Positions 60,221-64,000 of a DNA stretch of 64,000 nt are shown here, in pieces. Source of the DNA: Lama glama (Eukaryota); the NCBI GenBank assembly GCA_028534125.1, contig CM052816.1, positions 99,698,001-99,762,000 of the forward strand, read 5' to 3'. A program made the position numbers and the translations under genes. The notes beneath the pieces are model-generated. The model saw nothing but the letters and a program-made list of their open reading frames with translations. It was not told the origin of the DNA and did no database searches. The number at the start of each line of letters is the position of its first letter. Within the stretch, counting starts at the first letter, position 1.

Positions 60221-61824
60221 TCTAGAAACCTGCAGAGTTACAGTCTAGAAAGAGATACTTTCGTTGTGTGTTAAGTCGATGGCAGTAAAGCTGGACTGAA
60301 AGTATCGGAGGGAAGTTCAGCTAATGGACCCACGTGGTGGGAGACGCCTCCCGTCCGGAAGGGCCTGGAAGGCTCCTGCTGGCAGTCATCTCCGGCAGGC
60401 TTGGAAGGAGGACCTGGGCGGAGGTACAGAGTTGGTGAGGAATTATCCAGAAATGAGGGTGAAAAGGTCAGAGTCAGGTCATAAAGTCTTTGTAGACTGC
60501 GGGGCTGAGCTGGACGGGACCTTTTGCCGCGGGGACCCCACCACTGCTGGACGCTCCTGGTGGGAGCGCTTCCTGCCAGCCCCTCGGGTCCTGCCTCTAT
60601 GGTCGCGTTTCTGAGTCCTTCTGTCACTGGTTTTAGGCCCGGTCGATCTTGCTGAACCCAGCACAGCACCCCAGCGCTCGCCTCTACATATCGTGGGAGC
60701 GCATTCTCTGCCTTCCACTGGCCTCCTGTTGAGAAGCTCTGACGGGCAAGCCCAGTCCTGCATCTGAACGCATTCTTCCAAGACCCCTGTGTTGGGGAGG
60801 ACTGTCCCCACGAGCAGGCTGCTGTGGGCTGGGGGAGCGCTGGAGGAATCTGGGTCACCAGGCCGTCACTTACCTGCCAAAGCAGGCTGGGCACGTCTGG
60901 AGCTGCAGTGACAGGCAGTGTGGACATCATCTGCAAACTCTGAAGTGCAGTGCACGACCCCTTCTCACTCCACGGAGGAGGGAGAGAGGACACTGCAGGT
61001 CTGTGTTCTTCTCACAGATCCCTGTCCTGGCCTCAGGGGGATGCCCCGTGACATCCAATGCCCCTCCTGCCTCTGGAGGGTAGTGATGCTGGAGGAGGGC
61101 ACACTGCTGTCCATTCTCGGTCCAGGACTGGACTGGGGGCCCGTCCTTGGCTGCTCTGCTTTTAATCACAGAAAGTGATAGGAGGTCCTGGTGGGTCTCA
61201 ATCAGCCTCCGACACAGGCCATGACCTGAGCTGAGCTGAAAGTCGGCAACTCTTGCACTGACCAGAGGCTCGACTGCGCTGTGAGCAGGAAGCAACTCTG
61301 TCCTCAAACCAATTACATTATTTTACTTAAATGGAGACAAGCTGTGGTGGCAACAGGGGCAGACTATGACCCGGCCAGACCTCTGACCCTTTCTACACTT
61401 TAACCAAAATCATTGCAATTATCTGACCCAGTAGATTGCTATAGCACGTGTGTCTCCTTTTTTCAAGTGGAGAAAATAAATGCTCTTCCTCACACGATCA
61501 CCCCTGGTGTGCGGATCGACAGCTCACACACTGCTTCACTCCAACCTCCGAGCTCACATGATCACAAATCGATCTTTGAGGAAGATCTTTAACGGGTCTG
61601 AATCCTCTCACAAGGTGGCAACCGCGGTGCATTTGTGGAAAACCAGCAGGAACAGTGATGCTTTAAAGAGTAAAAATGCCACGTTCTTCACCTTTATCCT
61701 TGAAAAGGTTGCTATTCATGTGTGTTTCGAAAACACATCGTGCTAGAAATAGATCTCAAATTCCACCTGGGAATAAAATGCTGCATTTTATCCCAAATGG
61801 CAGCTACTCCTTAATTAGACTCCA

Positions 61825-62020
61825 AGGCCTAGGCTGCACCTCACCCCGGTCGTGGGGTAGCTTCTGGCAAGTCACTCCCTCTCCCCACGTCCTGGTTGCC
61901 TCCTGGCCCCCACAAATGGCAGTGCGGACCTCTCCCTCATGGCGCGTGAAGTTAGAACCACTCTTGGAAAGCGTATGTGAAAGCCTTTGTAAACTGTAAA
62001 GTGCTTCGAAAATATAGCAT
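61825..62020 (+). mobile_element. MIR fragment
   Basis: 'ggcaagtcactccctctc...gtatgtgaaagcctttgtaaactgtaaagtgct' is a MIR3/MIRc-type 3' end. Confidence 0.65.
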
Positions 62021-62559
62021 GGTGCTGTGGTTCATTCATCCTTACAGCTAAGAAATCCAGTCATACGTGCTACTCCAGGAAATTTCAGGTCACGTCACTG
62101 AAACAGGTTTAGCTGAAACAGTGGCATAAGAAAGCGGCATAAAGAAAGAAAGAAGCAAGCGATGTAAATAAAAGCTGCTAGAGTGACCACCAGCAGCTGG
62201 TAGATGATTCAAGGAGATCCGAAACCTCAGGAAGTTACGAGCATCGTGGTCTGGGGATGGTCTGGGGGGCTGGGTGGCCCAAACCAACACCGCAGACCCC
62301 AAAGAGGGGTTTTAGTGGATTGAGGGGTGTGGTAAATCTCTTGAAGTATGCTATCTAAAAGTTAGGAGCTCTTTAATTATAATGACCCACAGGGAAGTTT
62401 CCAGAAATCCCATGGCTGTCTCCACTTGTGCTGAACAGTTCAGATCCCATCAGGAAGTAGTGCAGATCATACTTCTCCAAATGCTATTCCTAGAGCAACA
62501 CCCTAACTGGAGCGGTCCCAGTCCTCACGTGTGGAGAGACCATCCTGTGACAGTTACAC

Positions 62560-63146
62560 GGACACTGTTCCCACCCGAAGTGCATCCCCACAGGTGCACG
62601 TGTTGAAGCCCTCACCCCAGCGTGACTGTGTTTGCTGAATGTGATAAAGGTGAAAGGAGGTCAGAAGGGTGGCGCCCTGAACCAGTAAGATTAGAGTCTT
62701 TATAAGAAGAAACACCAGAAAAAAAAAAAAAGAAGACACACCAGAGAGCTCCCTCTGTCTCTTTCTCCCCATCCGCACCCCCTTATCCATCTGTCTCTCT
62801 ATCTCCATCTCTCCCCTTATCCCCATCACTGTCTCCATCTCTTCTCTCTCTCTCCCCACCCTCATCTCCATCTGTATCTCCATCTCGCTCCCCATCTCCA
62901 TCCCTATCTCTGTCTCCATCCCCATGTCTTCTCTCTCTCTCCCTCCCTCCCTCTCTCTCTGACAGGTGAGGACACAGGGAGAAGGCAGCCGTCTTCAAGC
63001 CAGGAAGAGAGCCCTCACCAAGAACCTGAACTGCAGGACCTCGATCTTGGACTCCCTGCCTCCAGAACCATGAGAAAATGATGTTTTGTCATTTGAGCCG
63101 CTTAGTCCCTGGCATTTTGTTACGGCCGCCTGAGCAGACTGAGGCA
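62560..63146 (+). mobile_element. MaLR LTR (MLT1A/MST-like) with internal simple-repeat expansion
   Basis: 'gtgttgaagccctcacccc', 'ctttataagaaga', 'gtgaggacacagggagaaggcagccgtcttcaagccaggaagagagccctcacca', ending 'gcctgagcagactgaggca'. Confidence 0.85.
62750..62960. repeat. Pyrimidine-rich (ATCTCC)n-like low-complexity array
   Basis: Degenerate ATCTCC/ATCCCC hexamers followed by (CT)n and (CCCT)n. Confidence 0.85.
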
Positions 63147-63914
63147 GGTGTCACTAGATGCTTTGAAAGCCTGTGCACACTGAGTGTGAGCCGAGAGCAA
63201 GGATGGGGCGCTTTGCTACAACATTGTAATTACGTCATTGAAAACTCTCTCTGGTGCCCACAGGCTGCTCCTTTTTGCATCTACAATGTGTGGATATGTA
63301 TCCAAAGATAATAAAACTCTCAAAACATTAAAGGAAGAAGTCATTATGCACCAACTATTTTAAGGCAGAGCCAATTTTCTATCAGAGGTTTGGTCCCAGA
63401 CAAACACTTCTACTGAGGGGCGATTTTTCTTTCTTTAAAAATAAACCTACATTTTAATTTGAAGCAAAGTTCGGCTTAAATTGTTTTCTTTTCCTTATTG
63501 ATCTTGATGGAACGTGCCCCTTTCTGCTGTAGAACACTTTTTATAATATTACCTTTTATTCAGTAGACCCTGTTTTTTCCCAGAGAGCAGGGCTGGATTT
63601 AATATTTTCCATTTCTGTAGCAGACACCCAGAATAAGCAGAATACGGGGCATCGTGATTGCTTAGGGGGCAAAGTGTCTCTAGCAGGTAATTAGAGAAAT
63701 GCTGTTAAACACACACACACACCAATTTTCCACCAAGATTTGTTTTCATATATAAAAACCAACCAGCCTCAAAACAATGCTCTAGTGTTATATCCGTCCC
63801 AGGTGCTTAAATACAGTGCAGCACGTGTGAGGAAGCTTCCCTCAGCAGCAGTGAGCAAGGATCGCTCTTGGGCCTGTGTCTTCGGGAGGCAAGGTGGTGG
63901 GGCAGCCTCTGCCC

Positions 63915-64000
63915 GCATCTGAATTCCTTGCTGTGTGCCCTCGAATTGCTCACTTAACCTCTCTGAACCTCCACTTCATTTCCACACCTGGAAAGTGAGA
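63915..64000 (+). mobile_element. MIR fragment (runs off the window end)
   Basis: 'gctgtgtgccctcgaattgctcacttaacctctctgaacctc' is the MIR core. Confidence 0.65.

Noticed and set aside
60868..60990. Perfect minus-strand donor CAG|GTAAGT at 60874
   Set aside because: No convincing YAG acceptor upstream (best candidate is GAG); isolated donors are common.
1..64000. Assignment of the window to a named gene or chromosome band
   Set aside because: No coding exon or landmark was recognised; a BLAT/liftOver search is required.

Overview
Non-coding mammalian nuclear DNA, almost certainly camelid (camel/alpaca/llama). The evidence is a Vic-1-type tRNA-Ala-derived SINE at ~35.0 kb, camelid/cetartiodactyl-type L1 3' ends, and no recognisable ruminant, pig or primate SINEs. 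I recognise no protein-coding gene: the supplied ORFs are artefacts of GC-rich or simple-repeat sequence, apart from decayed L1 ORF2 reverse-transcriptase fragments near 40.0-40.6 kb. The window is a GC-rich intergenic or intronic region. It holds two CpG islands (~8.8-9.85 kb and ~55.4-56.3 kb), many ancient eutherian repeats (L1MB/MC/MD-like, MIR, L2, MLT1/MLT2, MER21-, MER67-, MER33-, MER5A-like, MADE2), one young 605-bp solo ERV LTR, and many TG/CA arrays. Repeat names come from recalled consensus sequences, not a search, so subfamily labels and edges are approximate. No new biological system can be demonstrated from the sequence alone. Best leads: (i) a possible minus-strand spliced lncRNA whose first exon would carry a structured ~520-nt CA array fused to a CpG island; (ii) local bursts of AT->GC substitution inside old repeats, consistent with GC-biased gene conversion; (iii) a strong RE1/NRSE and a strong CTCF motif; (iv) retrotransposition oddities (a poly(A)-only insertion with a 16-bp TSD, a 5'-inverted L1, a nested L1).
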